The notes: generated from the letters alone by a model not told the origin. A stretch of 63,566 bases of DNA, filler included, from Reclinomonas americana ATCC 50394 (GCA_048213135.1; 26 parts of 26 records of this genome joined end to end with filler, not necessarily neighbours in it), one strand, 5' to 3'; shown: positions 51,987 through 63,316, numbered from the whole stretch's first letter. A program made the numbers and translations.

Positions 51987-52631
51987 TCAGGCCTCGTCAT
52001 AGGCCGAGTCGAAGAAAGCCTTCTCCAGCGCCACCGTGCGCAGGAAGAAGTCGCGGCTCGTTTCCGCTTCGCCTGGGCCGACGCGGTCGAGCTCGCTGCG
52101 CAGGAAGCCGACGAAATCGCGGAAGTCGGAATTGTCGTGCAGGGTGACCCATTCGGCGTGGATGAAGTTCGCCGGCAGCGGCTGCGAGGCCTGCTGCGCC
52201 CAGTCGAGATAGAGCCATTCGGCCACGACCAGCACGGAGAGGGCGGCGGCATAGGAGCGCGTCGCGGCGGCCTCGCGCATGATCGCCTTGAAGCCGGCGG
52301 TGGCTTGGCTGTCGGGCGGCGCCGTCCGATCCTGCTCGCTGACGCCGAGCGCCTCGAAGGACCGCAGGAAATAGGTGTTCTCCTCGCCGCTGACCATGCC
52401 GATGAAGCGACCGAAGCGGATGCGGGCCTCGAAGCTGTCTGCACTGGCGAGCGCGCCGCCGAGCAGGGTCAGGAAGCTGTCGATGAAGCGATGATCCTGG
52501 ACGAGGTAGCGGACCATGACCGCGTCGGACACCGATCCGTCGAGCAATTCGCGGACGAAGCGGTGGCCGACGGACTGCGACCAGGCCGGCTGGCTGGCCT
52601 GGCGGAGAATCTCGGTGAAACGTTCGGTCAT
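51987..52631 (-). CDS. tenA: TenA/thiaminase II family protein
   Basis: HRFVREL, YLVQDHRF, AEWLYLDWA, EWVTLH, LEKAFF. Confidence 0.92.
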   Translation of the reverse strand: MTERFTEILRQASQPAWSQSVGHRFVRELLDGSVSDAVMVRYLVQDHRFIDSFLTLLGGALASADSFEARIRFGRFIGMVSGEENTYFLRSFEALGVSEQDRTAPPDSQATAGFKAIMREAAATRSYAAALSVLVVAEWLYLDWAQQASQPLPANFIHAEWVTLHDNSDFRDFVGFLRSELDRVGPGEAETSRDFFLRTVALEKAFFDSAYDEA

Positions 52632-52689
52632 CGGCGTAGCCTTCTGCTGATCGGGCTCTCCCTATCAGCAGCCGAGCCGCGACCGCACG

Positions 52690-53667
52690 CTATTTCAGCC
52701 GCGCTGCGACGATCTTGGCGAGCTTGCCGACGCGCGCCTTGGCTTGATCGTGGAGGGCCTGGTCGCGCTCGCCGCCCGAGACTCGGACTTCGACCGTTGT
52801 CAGGCCCTGGCGGATATGGATGCGGTTCATGATGTCGAGCGCCGCCTCGTCGCCGAGGTCTGCGACCGGCGTCCTGGCTTCCGAGACCTTGATCGCGCTC
52901 TGGAACCAGCGCTTCGACAGCTCTTCGGTGGCCGCGACGTTGCGCACGCTGACATGGATCTGGTTCAGCTCGACTGTGCGCTTGCCGTCCTTCTCGACGG
53001 TGCGCTTGGCGTCGAACTGGCAGCCTATCGGGTTCGGCAGCGCCTCCTGCCGGTTTTCGCGGCTCTCATGGGTGATCTTGCCCATCAGCTTGCGGGGGTC
53101 GCTGATGGTCATGCCAGGGAAGGTGGCCTTGACCTCCTCCGGCGTCAGCAGGGCACAGGCGTCCGGCCACTGATCGGCCGGGGCGACCGAGGAGGGGCGG
53201 GTGTCGGCCGATACGGTCACGGCGCTGTTGGCAGCGACCTGCTGGGGCGCGTCCACCATGCCGGTGCCGCCCTGCCAGCGCGCCGCTGCCTGTTTCGCCA
53301 GAGCGAGCGCGTTCGGTGCGGTCTGCTCGGAGTAGAGGTCGAGCGAGACGGCATAGATCAGGTCGTCCTTGCGGGCGCGGACCACCACGCTGGAGGAGCT
53401 GGTCTCCTGAAAGGCCTCGTCGCCGACGCCGCTGACCGGTTCGAGCTTGAGCGTGATCTTGGGATCGGCGGTGAGTTTCTCTCGCGAGGCCTTGATCGAG
53501 GCGAAGGCCTGCGCCGGGGTCTCGCGGCCCTTGGCGACGCCATCCCAGCGGATCACCGTGAGCGAGGCGAAGCGCGCGAATTCGAGCTTCGAGGTCGGGC
53601 TCGGCAGCTTCACCGAATACATGCAGCTCTCGGCATATTGCGGGCCGCGATGGATCGCGCTCAGTGT
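52690..53667 (-). CDS. Hypothetical protein with two similar domains, 5'-truncated
   Basis: DACALLT...C and PVSGVGDEA / PVADLGDEA duplicated motifs (DUF3558-like). Confidence 0.65.
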   Translation of the reverse strand, partial: TLSAIHRGPQYAESCMYSVKLPSPTSKLEFARFASLTVIRWDGVAKGRETPAQAFASIKASREKLTADPKITLKLEPVSGVGDEAFQETSSSSVVVRARKDDLIYAVSLDLYSEQTAPNALALAKQAAARWQGGTGMVDAPQQVAANSAVTVSADTRPSSVAPADQWPDACALLTPEEVKATFPGMTISDPRKLMGKITHESRENRQEALPNPIGCQFDAKRTVEKDGKRTVELNQIHVSVRNVAATEELSKRWFQSAIKVSEARTPVADLGDEAALDIMNRIHIRQGLTTVEVRVSGGERDQALHDQAKARVGKLAKIVAARLK

Positions 53668-54110
53668 NNNNNNNNNNNNNNNNNNNNNNNNNNNNNNNNN
53701 NNNNNNNNNNNTTAATTAATTAANNNNNNNNNNNNNNNNNNNNNNNNNNNNNNNNNNNNNNNNNNNNTATCGGCAGCGCGGCTCTTCCTCCATGCTCGAA
53801 CTGTAAGCTGGGGCTGCACCTCTCCACGGCGTGGGCGACGCACGGGAGGCGGCGCGGTCCCAGCTTATCAAATAGCTCTATTGATTTGACTGGCCGCATG
53901 GTGCCTCCCGTCCTGCACCGGTCAAAACGACTTAGTGATAGATCTTTTGAGATTTGATCGCTTCGGTGATCAATGATTGTAGATAACTATCAATTCCGTC
54001 ATCGCTTTATTTTGTCGATGGCGGAATTTTTTTGTCTATACTGAAAAATTTGGCATTTATTTACTTTGTCAGCCCAGGGTTTTTCTCGTCATCCTTGGGT
54101 GTTGGACATC

Positions 54111-54837
54111 ATGGCCATCTCTGCATTCAATCTGAGCAATATCCGTATCGGCACCAAGATCGCCGCGGCCGTCACTCTCGTCGGCCTGATCGGGCTAGCA
54201 GCGTCTTTCTTCATCAGCCGGGAGCTCGCCCGCGCCGATGCTGTCTATAGCGAGATGCTCGCTACAGCGCCGGCCGCCATTTACGCTTCGGGACGAGGGA
54301 GCCGGAGCGTCAACGATATGCTGGCGCAGACTTATAAGGTCGTTGCCTATCCGGCAGGCTCGAAAGGGGTTGCAGACGGCGTGGCTCAGATGGGCGCGAG
54401 CTACAAGATGGCCGTGCAGCATTTGCAAAACGCCATTGCCAAATTGCCGGTGAAGAAGGCTGAGTATGAGCGCATCCTCGCCGAAACGCAGGTGCTCAAG
54501 GCCACGCTCGACAAGGCCGTCGTTTTGGGCGCCCGTGATGAGAATGCCAAGGCGCTGGAAATCCTGGATACGGCGGATGCCCAGGTCACCGCAATGGTCG
54601 ATGCCATCATCGCGCTCAATACCAGAATACTGAAGGAGCTCGACGACGCCTCGAACGGGACGACGGACGACGTCAATTTCACCATCAGGTTGATGATGGG
54701 GCTGAGCCTCGCCGGCATCCTGCTCGGCATCGGGCTCGCGCTGCTGATGTCGGACAAGACGATCACCGGCCCGCTGGCGCGCCTGCGCGGCGCGATGGAC
54801 AAGCTCGCGGGCGGCGATTTCGATACCGCCGTCGAGG
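54111..54837 (+). CDS. Methyl-accepting chemotaxis protein, N-terminal fragment
   Basis: NIRIGTKI-TM, helical periplasmic domain, TM, HAMP (ITGPLARLRGAMDKLAGGDF). Confidence 0.85.
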
Positions 54838-54937
54838 NNNNNNNNNNNNNNNNNNNNNNNNNNNNNNNNNNNNNNNNNNNNTTAATTAATTAANNNNNNN
54901 NNNNNNNNNNNNNNNNNNNNNNNNNNNNNNNNNNNNN

Positions 54938-55645
54938 CCCTTCTCGGCGGCGACCTATGCCGATGCGCTCAGGGTGACGGCCTATGCCTGGCGCGGCACC
55001 GCCTGTGCCGCCGACGTCAACATGGACCAGGCCGGCCAGTTCCGCAGGTTCCTGCAGCAGGCGGACGCCGTGCTCGACAGCCAGCCCGATCCGCAGGACT
55101 TCTCCTGGCGCGCCAGCGATTTCCGCCGCGGCGCCGAAACCGGCTCGTTCAGCGAGTACCAGCGCCGGTTCGAGGCGGTCTGGGCGCTCGACCGCTACAA
55201 TATCGACCTCTGCCGCAACTTTGCGCGGATGATCATGCCGCGCTGGCTCGGCCGTGACGAGCACGATCTCGAGGTCTTCGCCCGGCGTGCCGCAGAACTG
55301 ACCAAGGACCGCTTCGGCTATGGCTTCTACGCCCTGATCCAGGCGGCCAACACCGAGGTCGGCGAGCATGAGATCGAGGACACGCTCTGCGATCGCGCCT
55401 TGGTCAAGCAGGGCTTCGAGGATCTGCTCGCCCGCTTCCCGGCGCCGAGCAACTTCAACCTCTATGCCGACATGCTGGAGTGGATGAAGGACACGCAGGC
55501 GCTGGCCGACCTGCTCGAAACCCGCTTCCGCACCATCGTGCCGGAGATCTGGTATGGCGACACGATCGACGACAAGTTCGTCTACGCCTTCGAGACCCTG
55601 CTGGAGGCCGACGAGGTCCTGAAGGCGCGGCGGCGGCCGGGGTGA
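54938..55645 (+). CDS. Hypothetical protein, C-terminal fragment (DUF4034-like)
   Basis: AYAWRGT, MPRWLG motifs; open frame to the stop. Confidence 0.55.
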   Translation, partial: PFSAATYADALRVTAYAWRGTACAADVNMDQAGQFRRFLQQADAVLDSQPDPQDFSWRASDFRRGAETGSFSEYQRRFEAVWALDRYNIDLCRNFARMIMPRWLGRDEHDLEVFARRAAELTKDRFGYGFYALIQAANTEVGEHEIEDTLCDRALVKQGFEDLLARFPAPSNFNLYADMLEWMKDTQALADLLETRFRTIVPEIWYGDTIDDKFVYAFETLLEADEVLKARRRPG

Positions 55646-55850
55646 TCCGGGTCTGTAACCTCCCGGCCGCGGCTGGGGCGGGGGCAGATTTTCGGTTTTC
55701 TCAGGTGTTTTCCGGCTTTGCTCCGCGGGATCATGCGGTTAGCCTGATTCTCCGGCCAGCATTCCGCGGCCGGTGCCGTAGCGGACGATGCCGGGCCGAG
55801 GGGGAAGGTCAGGCCGCGCCGGCAAGGCGCGCGGCTGGCCGAGGGCTGAG

Positions 55851-56379
55851 ATGGTGCAGGCTAATCTCGACAGGGTCACCGGCTCCATCGACAGGTTGCT
55901 GGATGCGGCACTCGACTTTCGCGAGATGCCGGGCGCGATCGAGCAGGTCCGCCATCTCTTCGACGGCTCCAAGATCTGCCTCGGTTATTTTGGTCCGGAC
56001 TCGCATCCCGACGACGCGATCACCAATGCGTCCGATCCGGATCTCAATGCGTTCCTCTATCGCGAGCTGATGCCGGACGCTGCGCGCTTTGCCGCGCGGG
56101 TGGCATCGGTGCCGATCGGGTCGGCCTACCGGGACCAGATCCTGTTCGGCGCAGATTTCCGCGACAGCCGCCTTTGGCGCGAATGGATGGCGCCGCAGGA
56201 CATGTTCGGCGGGATGGCCAGCCGCGTGCTCGATGTCGATGGTTCGTTCTGGATGTTCGACGTCCAGCGCGGACGCCGGCAGGAGCCCTTCGACGCGGCC
56301 GAGTTCGCATTGTTCGAGCGGGTGGCGGGGGTGATGCGGCGTGTGACGCTGCTGCATCAGCAGCTCGGCGGCGTCAGCA
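55851..56379 (+). CDS. LuxR-type regulator, N-terminal sensor part
   Basis: WREWMAPQD, QRGRRQEPFD; the C-terminal HTH is probably on the next contig. Confidence 0.65.
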
Positions 56380-56479
56380 NNNNNNNNNNNNNNNNNNNNN
56401 NNNNNNNNNNNNNNNNNNNNNNNTTAATTAATTAANNNNNNNNNNNNNNNNNNNNNNNNNNNNNNNNNNNNNNNNNNNN

Positions 56480-56962
56480 GATCCGGCGGGTCCGCTCGGC
56501 TTGCGAGGCGGCAGGCTGTGGGCCCGTGCGGCGTCCGAGCAAAGCGGGCTGAAGGACCTCGTCGTCAAGGCGAGCGACCTCATCGGCGCGCGGGGGCAGA
56601 TGCTGCTGCGGACGGGCGACGCGGAAGGGCGCGACCTCTCGCTCTGTGTCACGCCATTGTCCGCGGCCTACGCCCTGCCGGGGCGGGCAAACGACGTGAT
56701 GATCGTAGCCCGTTGGTTCGAACCGGCCGGCGGTGGCCTTGCTGCCGCAAGGCAGATGTTCGATCTGACCGAGGCCGAGGCGAAACTGGCGCTGGGGCTG
56801 GCTTCCGGGCTGTCGCTGACGGAGGTGGCTCAGCAGCAGGGTATCAGGATGACGACGGCGCGCACCCATCTCGCCAGGGTGTTCTGGAAGACCGGAACGC
56901 GCCAGCAGAGCCAGGTCGCCGCCTTGTTGCGCGCCGCCGAACTGCCGTTGCGGATACGATAG
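56480..56962 (+). CDS. LuxR-type HTH regulator, C-terminal part
   Basis: FDLTEAEAKLALGLASG...TARTHLARVFWKTGTRQQSQV. Confidence 0.88.
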   Translation, partial: DPAGPLGLRGGRLWARAASEQSGLKDLVVKASDLIGARGQMLLRTGDAEGRDLSLCVTPLSAAYALPGRANDVMIVARWFEPAGGGLAAARQMFDLTEAEAKLALGLASGLSLTEVAQQQGIRMTTARTHLARVFWKTGTRQQSQVAALLRAAELPLRIR

Positions 56963-56983
56963 CGTGCTGCCCCGATCCATTGC

Positions 56984-57985
56984 TCAGCGCCGGACCAGCC
57001 CGACACGGCGGTTGCGCGCGCGGCCCGCTTCGTCGGCATTCGACGCGACCGGCTGCTCCAGCCCCTTGCCGAGTGCGTTGAGCCGGCTGCGATCGATGCC
57101 GTAGCGGGTCGACAGCTCGGCGACGACCGAGAAGGCGCGCATGTCGGAGAGCTTGAGGTTGTAGGCGGCGCTGCCCTGGTTGTCGGTGTGTCCGACGACA
57201 TCGAGCCGCAGGGCCGGGCTCCTGCTCAGCAGTTCGGCAATCGCCTTGAGCTGGGGCTGCGATTCCGGCTTGATGTCGGCCTTGTCGTAGTCGAACAGGA
57301 TGCCATAGACGTTGGCGCGGCCGTTCTGGTCGATCTCGCGACCGAGCTGACTCGCCTCGACCACCTGGATCTGCCCGGTCTGCATCGCGCCGGCCTCGAT
57401 GACGCGCGCAATGACCGTCCGGCCTCGGCTCTCGTCCTCGGAGAAGGCGAGGCTGACATGGACCGTGCCGCCCGGCCGGTTCAGCCTTGCATAGAGATAG
57501 CGGCCGGTGCCGTTGCCGAAGAAATTGCGGACGAAATCGCCGAGCTGCAGCTTCGGCAGGTCGGTGGTTCCGTCGAGCGCCAGGCCGAGGAACAGGCCGG
57601 GATATTTGCGTCCGTCGCTGAAGCAGCTTCCCGCCTCGGTCGAGCAAACGAAGGGCACCTCGAAGCCGGCACCCGTCAGGCTCGCCTGGTAGTTGCGCAG
57701 CGCCTCGAGGCCGGTGCGGCCAGGCGGCAGCTTGTAGTAGAGCGTGAAGACCTTGCCTTCGACCGTCTGCCAGCCGGCGCCGCTCTGCTCGCGCGAGCTG
57801 CGCTCGTCGATCGGGCCGATGATGATCCGGGCCTCGTCGAAGGCAGCCTCCTTGAAGCCGACCTGCTGCGCACCCTGGAACCGGCCGAGGAGGGGATGAT
57901 CCTGGGCCAGGCCCGGCATCGCGAGATGGCAGGCCAGCATCAGCGCCAGCCAGAACAGGGTCTTGCTTTCATGACGCATGCCCAT
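56984..57985 (-). CDS. OmpA-family peptidoglycan-binding protein (DUF4892-like N-terminus)
   Basis: Signal peptide, DHPLLGRF, ILFDYDK, VGHTDNQG, NLKLS, GRARNRRV. Confidence 0.92.
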   Translation of the reverse strand: MGMRHESKTLFWLALMLACHLAMPGLAQDHPLLGRFQGAQQVGFKEAAFDEARIIIGPIDERSSREQSGAGWQTVEGKVFTLYYKLPPGRTGLEALRNYQASLTGAGFEVPFVCSTEAGSCFSDGRKYPGLFLGLALDGTTDLPKLQLGDFVRNFFGNGTGRYLYARLNRPGGTVHVSLAFSEDESRGRTVIARVIEAGAMQTGQIQVVEASQLGREIDQNGRANVYGILFDYDKADIKPESQPQLKAIAELLSRSPALRLDVVGHTDNQGSAAYNLKLSDMRAFSVVAELSTRYGIDRSRLNALGKGLEQPVASNADEAGRARNRRVGLVRR

Positions 57986-58345
57986 GCTGAAAGGGATCGG
58001 CAGGCGACGCCGAGCGGTGGGCGTCGACATCCGATCCTGGCGGGAATGCCGGCGGCCTCGCGTCCTCCATTCGANNNNNNNNNNNNNNNNNNNNNNNNNN
58101 NNNNNNNNNNNNNNNNNNTTAATTAATTAANNNNNNNNNNNNNNNNNNNNNNNNNNNNNNNNNNNNNNNNNNNNCTGAGGGGGCCGAACAGGTCAGGGCG
58201 AGCGAGAGGCTCTCAGACCTCCACAAGGTATCTATCGACCGGCTGCTCGCCGCCTGACCTTCGGGCGGCGTTGCCGTATGGTCGTCCTGATGGCGCTGCG
58301 GTGGAGGGCTCCGATGCATCCATGCCAAGGATCGGATGGCGAGCC

Positions 58346-59290
58346 ATGAGTGCCCGCCGCCCAGAGCTGGCGGAGCTCGATTTCGCCAATTTCGCCCGGC
58401 AGTTCGATCGCTGCCTGCGGCAGGACAGGGTGATCGCCTTCTCGCGCTGGCGCGACATTGTCGAAGCGGTTCCGCCTGGCCTGCAGGATTTCTTCTGGCG
58501 CGTCGTCGAGGCCCATCTCAGCCCGGCCGCCGAGACGCGGCTGCGGGGCCTGCGCGACTGGCGCGACTTCCATGGCGAGATCCTCGATACCCGCTTCCGC
58601 CGGCCTTCCGCCGATCGTCCGCAATTCCGCACGCCGAAGCAGGCCTTCGATTCCTATTCGGCGATCTTCTGGCGTTTCGGCTCGACCGATGCGCGCTTCG
58701 ACCAGAGATTCGGCCGCCTCGTCCTGCTGGCGTTGCGCAAGGAAAGCAGCACGATCGCCAATCGCGGCAAGGGCTCCTATGACGACCTCGTCGTGGTGAT
58801 GCGACGGACCGGGCGTTTCCGCGAGCTCACCACCTTCCCGATCTGCACCGAGCCGGGCGCCCAGTACTCGCAGCGCGCCAGCGGTGGTGATGCGCGCTAC
58901 AAGGGCGTCGCGTTCAAGAAGGCCGACGGCGTCGACATCAACAAGGATGGCATCAAGGATGCCGGCCGCCTGACCGAGGGCACCTACCAGTATTTCGAGA
59001 AGAAGGGCGGCTTCCTCGGAGATCGCGCCTTCCAGGTGAAGACGACGCAGGTCGCCGAGCGCGATACCGACGGCGACGGACGCTTCACCCAGGACGACAA
59101 GAGCCGGATCGATCCGTCAGGGGCGGGGACAAGCATGTATATCCACCGCGGCGGGGCGGACAATGTCCTGGAGCCCAACACCTGGTCGGCCGGCTGCCAG
59201 ACCATCCCGAAGAACCGCTATCCGACCTTCCTCAAGGCGGTCGGGACCCCCAATGCGTTCTATTATGTGCTGGTCAATGCCGCTTCGTGA
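58346..59290 (+). CDS. Hypothetical protein with L,D-transpeptidase-like catalytic motif; start uncertain
   Basis: GRLTEGTY, MYIHRGG-x10-SAGCQT; two DxDxDG-type loops; no signal peptide. Confidence 0.7.
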   Translation: MSARRPELAELDFANFARQFDRCLRQDRVIAFSRWRDIVEAVPPGLQDFFWRVVEAHLSPAAETRLRGLRDWRDFHGEILDTRFRRPSADRPQFRTPKQAFDSYSAIFWRFGSTDARFDQRFGRLVLLALRKESSTIANRGKGSYDDLVVVMRRTGRFRELTTFPICTEPGAQYSQRASGGDARYKGVAFKKADGVDINKDGIKDAGRLTEGTYQYFEKKGGFLGDRAFQVKTTQVAERDTDGDGRFTQDDKSRIDPSGAGTSMYIHRGGADNVLEPNTWSAGCQTIPKNRYPTFLKAVGTPNAFYYVLVNAAS

Positions 59291-59954
59291 CGCCTATGCC
59301 GCGGCCGGCCTGATCGCCGCCCTGTTGCTGGCAGCTCCCGCCGTGCGGGCGCAGTCGGAGAGTGTCGCGCCCGCACCGGCCGGACAGGTCGCCTGTTCCT
59401 TCGGCGCCTTCGTCAGCGAGACCGACCCGGAGGGGCTCAATGTCCGCGCCGGCCCGGGCACCAATCACAAGGTGCTTGGCACCTTGCCGCCGGTGAAGCT
59501 CAGCGGCGATGATCCGCCCGTGCGCGCCATGGTCGAGGTCGAGGTTTCGGCCGGTGCCAATGGCTGGTTCAGGATCGCCAAGGCGCGCGACAACGAGATG
59601 CTGACCGATGCCGCGCCACGGCCGATGTTCAAGGGCTCGGGCTGGGTCAGCGGGCGCAAGCTGACGGTGAAGTCGCAGGCGTCCGCAGGCCGGCAGCGCC
59701 CCGACGCCAAGGCGCCGGCTATCCTCTCCGGTCAGGACGGGGCGAGCTTCGACGGCGACGCCTTCGTCCAGAACGGCCACGTCCTCGGCTGCAGCGGCAA
59801 ATGGGTGCTGGTCGAGTACGGCCTGCCGGCGGATAGCGAAGTGCTGACCGGGCTCACCATCGCTCCGGCCGCCAAGGCGGGGGCCGAAGCCGGCCGCTTC
59901 CGCGCCTGGGTCGACCGCATCTGCGCGACGCAGGAGACGAGCTGCGACGGGGGG
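59277..59954 (+). CDS. Secreted SH3b-like domain protein, stop not reached
   Basis: Signal peptide ending AVRA; GLNVRAGPGT, GWFRI, GWVS; second repeat CSGKWV...AWV. Confidence 0.8.
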
Positions 59955-60059
59955 NNNNNNNNNNNNNNNNNNNNNNNNNNNNNNNNNNNNNNNNNNNNTT
60001 AATTAATTAANNNNNNNNNNNNNNNNNNNNNNNNNNNNNNNNNNNNNNNNNNNNAGTAG

Positions 60060-60204
<145 letters not shown>

Positions 60205-60253
60205 GTCGAATGTCGCTGCTGTGTGTGTGTCTCACCGCGAGTGATCGACACAG

Positions 60254-61291
60254 ATCATTCAGAGTCTCGCGACTGTGGTGCGATCCGTCACCGTCACCCC
60301 TGACTGCCAGCACATTGTCGGCGGATGCATGGACAAGACGATTCGAGTGTGGTCTGTGGCGAGTGGCAAGGAGGTGCGACGGCTGGCGGGACACATCAAT
60401 TCGGTGTTTTCTGTCGCCGTCACTCGAGCTCCCGATGGCCAATGCATTGTCAGTGGGGGTCGAGACAACACAGTGCGGGTGTGGTCGCTGTCGAGTGGAG
60501 AAGAAATGCGACGGCTGGAGGGACACACCAGCACGGTGTACTCTGTCGCCGTCACCCCTGATGGTCAGCACATTATCAGTGGGAGCTGGGACTGCACAAT
60601 ACGAGTGTGGTCTCTGGCGAGTGGGGAGGAGGTGCGACGGCTGGAGGGACACACCGACATGGTGTGGGCAGTCGCCGTCACTCCTGATGGTCAACACATT
60701 GTCAGTGGCGGTGGAGACAACACAGTGCGAGTGTGGTCTCTGGCGAGCGGCGAAGAGGTGCGACGGTTGGAGGGACACACTGACTGGGTGATGTCAGTCG
60801 CTGTCACACCTGATGGTCAGCATATCGTCAGTGGGTGCGACGACCGCGCCGTGCGAGTGTGGTCGCTGGCGAGCGGGGAGGAAGTGCGACGGTTGGAGGG
60901 ACACACTGGAAGGGTGCGCGCCGTCGCTGTTACTCCCGACCGTGAGCATGTCGTGAGTGCGGGTGGGGACAGCACCATTCGGGTGTGGTCTCTGGCGAGT
61001 GGCGAGGAAGTGCGACGGCTGGAGGGACACACTTCATGGGTATCGTCTGTGGCCGTCTCTTCCGATGGTCTCCACATTGTGAGTGCGGGTGGCTACGACA
61101 AGACCGTGCGAGTGTGGTCCACGCCGCGTGGCCTTGCTCGCCTTGAACTCGACGCCACGCGCTCGGCCATGCAAGCTGTGCAGGAGATGCAGGAGGACGA
61201 GGAGGAAGTAGATTCACGATGCCTTCCCGAGCGGTTCTGCGCTGTTTCATTGTCGAGGATGCCGAGGTCGTCCTTTTCCGGTGCTGAGGAG
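60254..61291 (+). CDS. Exon encoding seven highly similar WD40 repeats (HET-E/HNWD-like)
   Basis: cacag acceptor; ~126-bp units RRLEGHTxxVxxVAVTPDGQHIVSGxxDxTVRVWSLASGEEV; gtgagt donor at 61292. Confidence 0.88.
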
Positions 61292-63277
61292 GTGAGTTGG
61301 AGAGAGGGAAGGTGGCTGCTGGTGATTGTGAGTTGTTTTTCGTGTCTTGCGAGGAAGAGTGGGTGATCATGCAAGGATCAGATTGAAGAAGAGAGGATGA
61401 CAGACGAGAGGAGAGAAGTCGACGTGGATGATGCAGAATTGTTCTCCGTGTTTGTTTCGCTGTCATGTGAATGTGAGTGTGCTGGCGTGAAGCGTGTCTC
61501 CCTCTGTATGCGTGTCTCATTCTCACCTCGTCTAGTGTATGCAAGCGCGATGAAGCACTTGGGTGTCTGTTTTGTCTTTCTGTCTCGTTGTGATGTCTGT
61601 TGTGCGTGCATCTTTCGTCGCCCATGAATGTGCCTCAGGAGAGCGAGTCGCCGTTGTCTATTTCCTCGCGTCTTCTTTTGCGCACCACTTTAGCATCACT
61701 GCTCTGCTTCCCATTGTGCCTGTGCGCCGTGGGCATTCTCCTTCCGACTCTGAAGAATGCATGTCTTGCAGCTCTCTCTCTCTATCTCTCTGTCCCTTAC
61801 AGAGTCTCTCTCTTTCCCCACCGTCTCCCTGCCGTGCGCGCTCATTTGCCTCCCCAGTCATCCACCCCATCCCTCCCGCACTCGCTCAAGGCCGAGCATG
61901 CTTCCCTACTCATGATGCACCGACTGCCATGCTGCCAGTTCATCATGGTGAGCTTCCCGATGCCGAAGTGTGTGAGATGGCCTGACTGCATGCTGATTCT
62001 TCTCTCTCTCCTTTGCAGGATGGGTGTGTGTACAGAAGCATCCCTTGGCTTGCCTCTTGACAAAACCGCGTGTTGGTAGCAGATGCTAATCGGTGTGTTC
62101 GTCGTTGAGACAGAGCAGATATCTCTCTCCTTCCTCCATTCTTCGCTCACATGCAGGCACCTTAGGGGCAGGTCCCCCTCGTTGTTCCGTAATGATTGCA
62201 GGCGTGCTGTGCATCGCCCGCTGCCGGCTGTCACCTCACTCAGTCGGCTCCACACCTGAATCCATCCCATCATGCACGATGCAGGTGTGTGGACTTTTTC
62301 GTCGTGATCTCTCTTTCCGCTTTCCCTCCCGCTCACCTCAGTCGTGTAGGTCGTGCAGGCCATGGAGAGCGTGGCGAGGGTGGCATGCGTGCCGTGATGT
62401 GCGACATGGTGGCCTGGCCGGTGGATCGTTCAATCTCGACTGGCAAGTCGGAGCGAATCGATGATGTGCGCACCTTGGTTGTTGCTGTCACTGTCGAGTG
62501 ACGATGGTGGTGGCCATGGGTGACTGTTGGCACGTGCTTGGTCAGCAACACATGGTGCGTGCGTGTTCTGTATCTGCGTTGAGGTGTAAGTTGATGAGAC
62601 TCGGTGATCGACTGACTCAGTTCGGTGTGTGCCATGAACACAGGCGTGCTGGCAAGTGACTGGCATGCGAAGACACGTGGTGCCGTGCCTCACAGTGCCT
62701 GCATGAGACGATTCACCGACCAACTGTGAGTGTGACTGAAGGGACGAGGCATTGATTGTGATTTGGGTGGGAGGGGATGCAATTCTCACGACACAGCTGC
62801 CTCGTCCATCGCTGTGCTGCTGTGGTGGTCGCTGCTCTTCTGTTCCCTGTGACTCTCCTTCTTCGTCGTACCATCATGACGTGCACCTCGTCAGCTTCGC
62901 TATGGGCCGATCCAAGGAGGCGTGCGGTATCGATGACTCGTCGTGCTTACTCGATTCTCCGATGTGCTCTGCGGTGGCATCAGCACAATAGGGCCATAGC
63001 TGCGTATCCAAGCAGCCCGACATTCCTGTCCTCGTTGATAGAGAATGCAAGTCAGTCGAGGCTGGACATGCACAATGCAGTGCAGCGCCACCATGTGCAT
63101 GTCCATTATGCCGATTTCGCATCGATGAGTCCCGTGTCGGTCATCGAAAGCCCACACGTCGGTCACACTACCGTATGGTGTGTTGGGTGCTGGCTGCAGC
63201 ACGGCGAGCGATGGACGACGTCTCAGAGCAAGGCGGGAGAAGAAAGGCGGGAAATGGTGACAATCCGGAGCGAGCAA

Positions 63278-63316
<39 letters not shown>

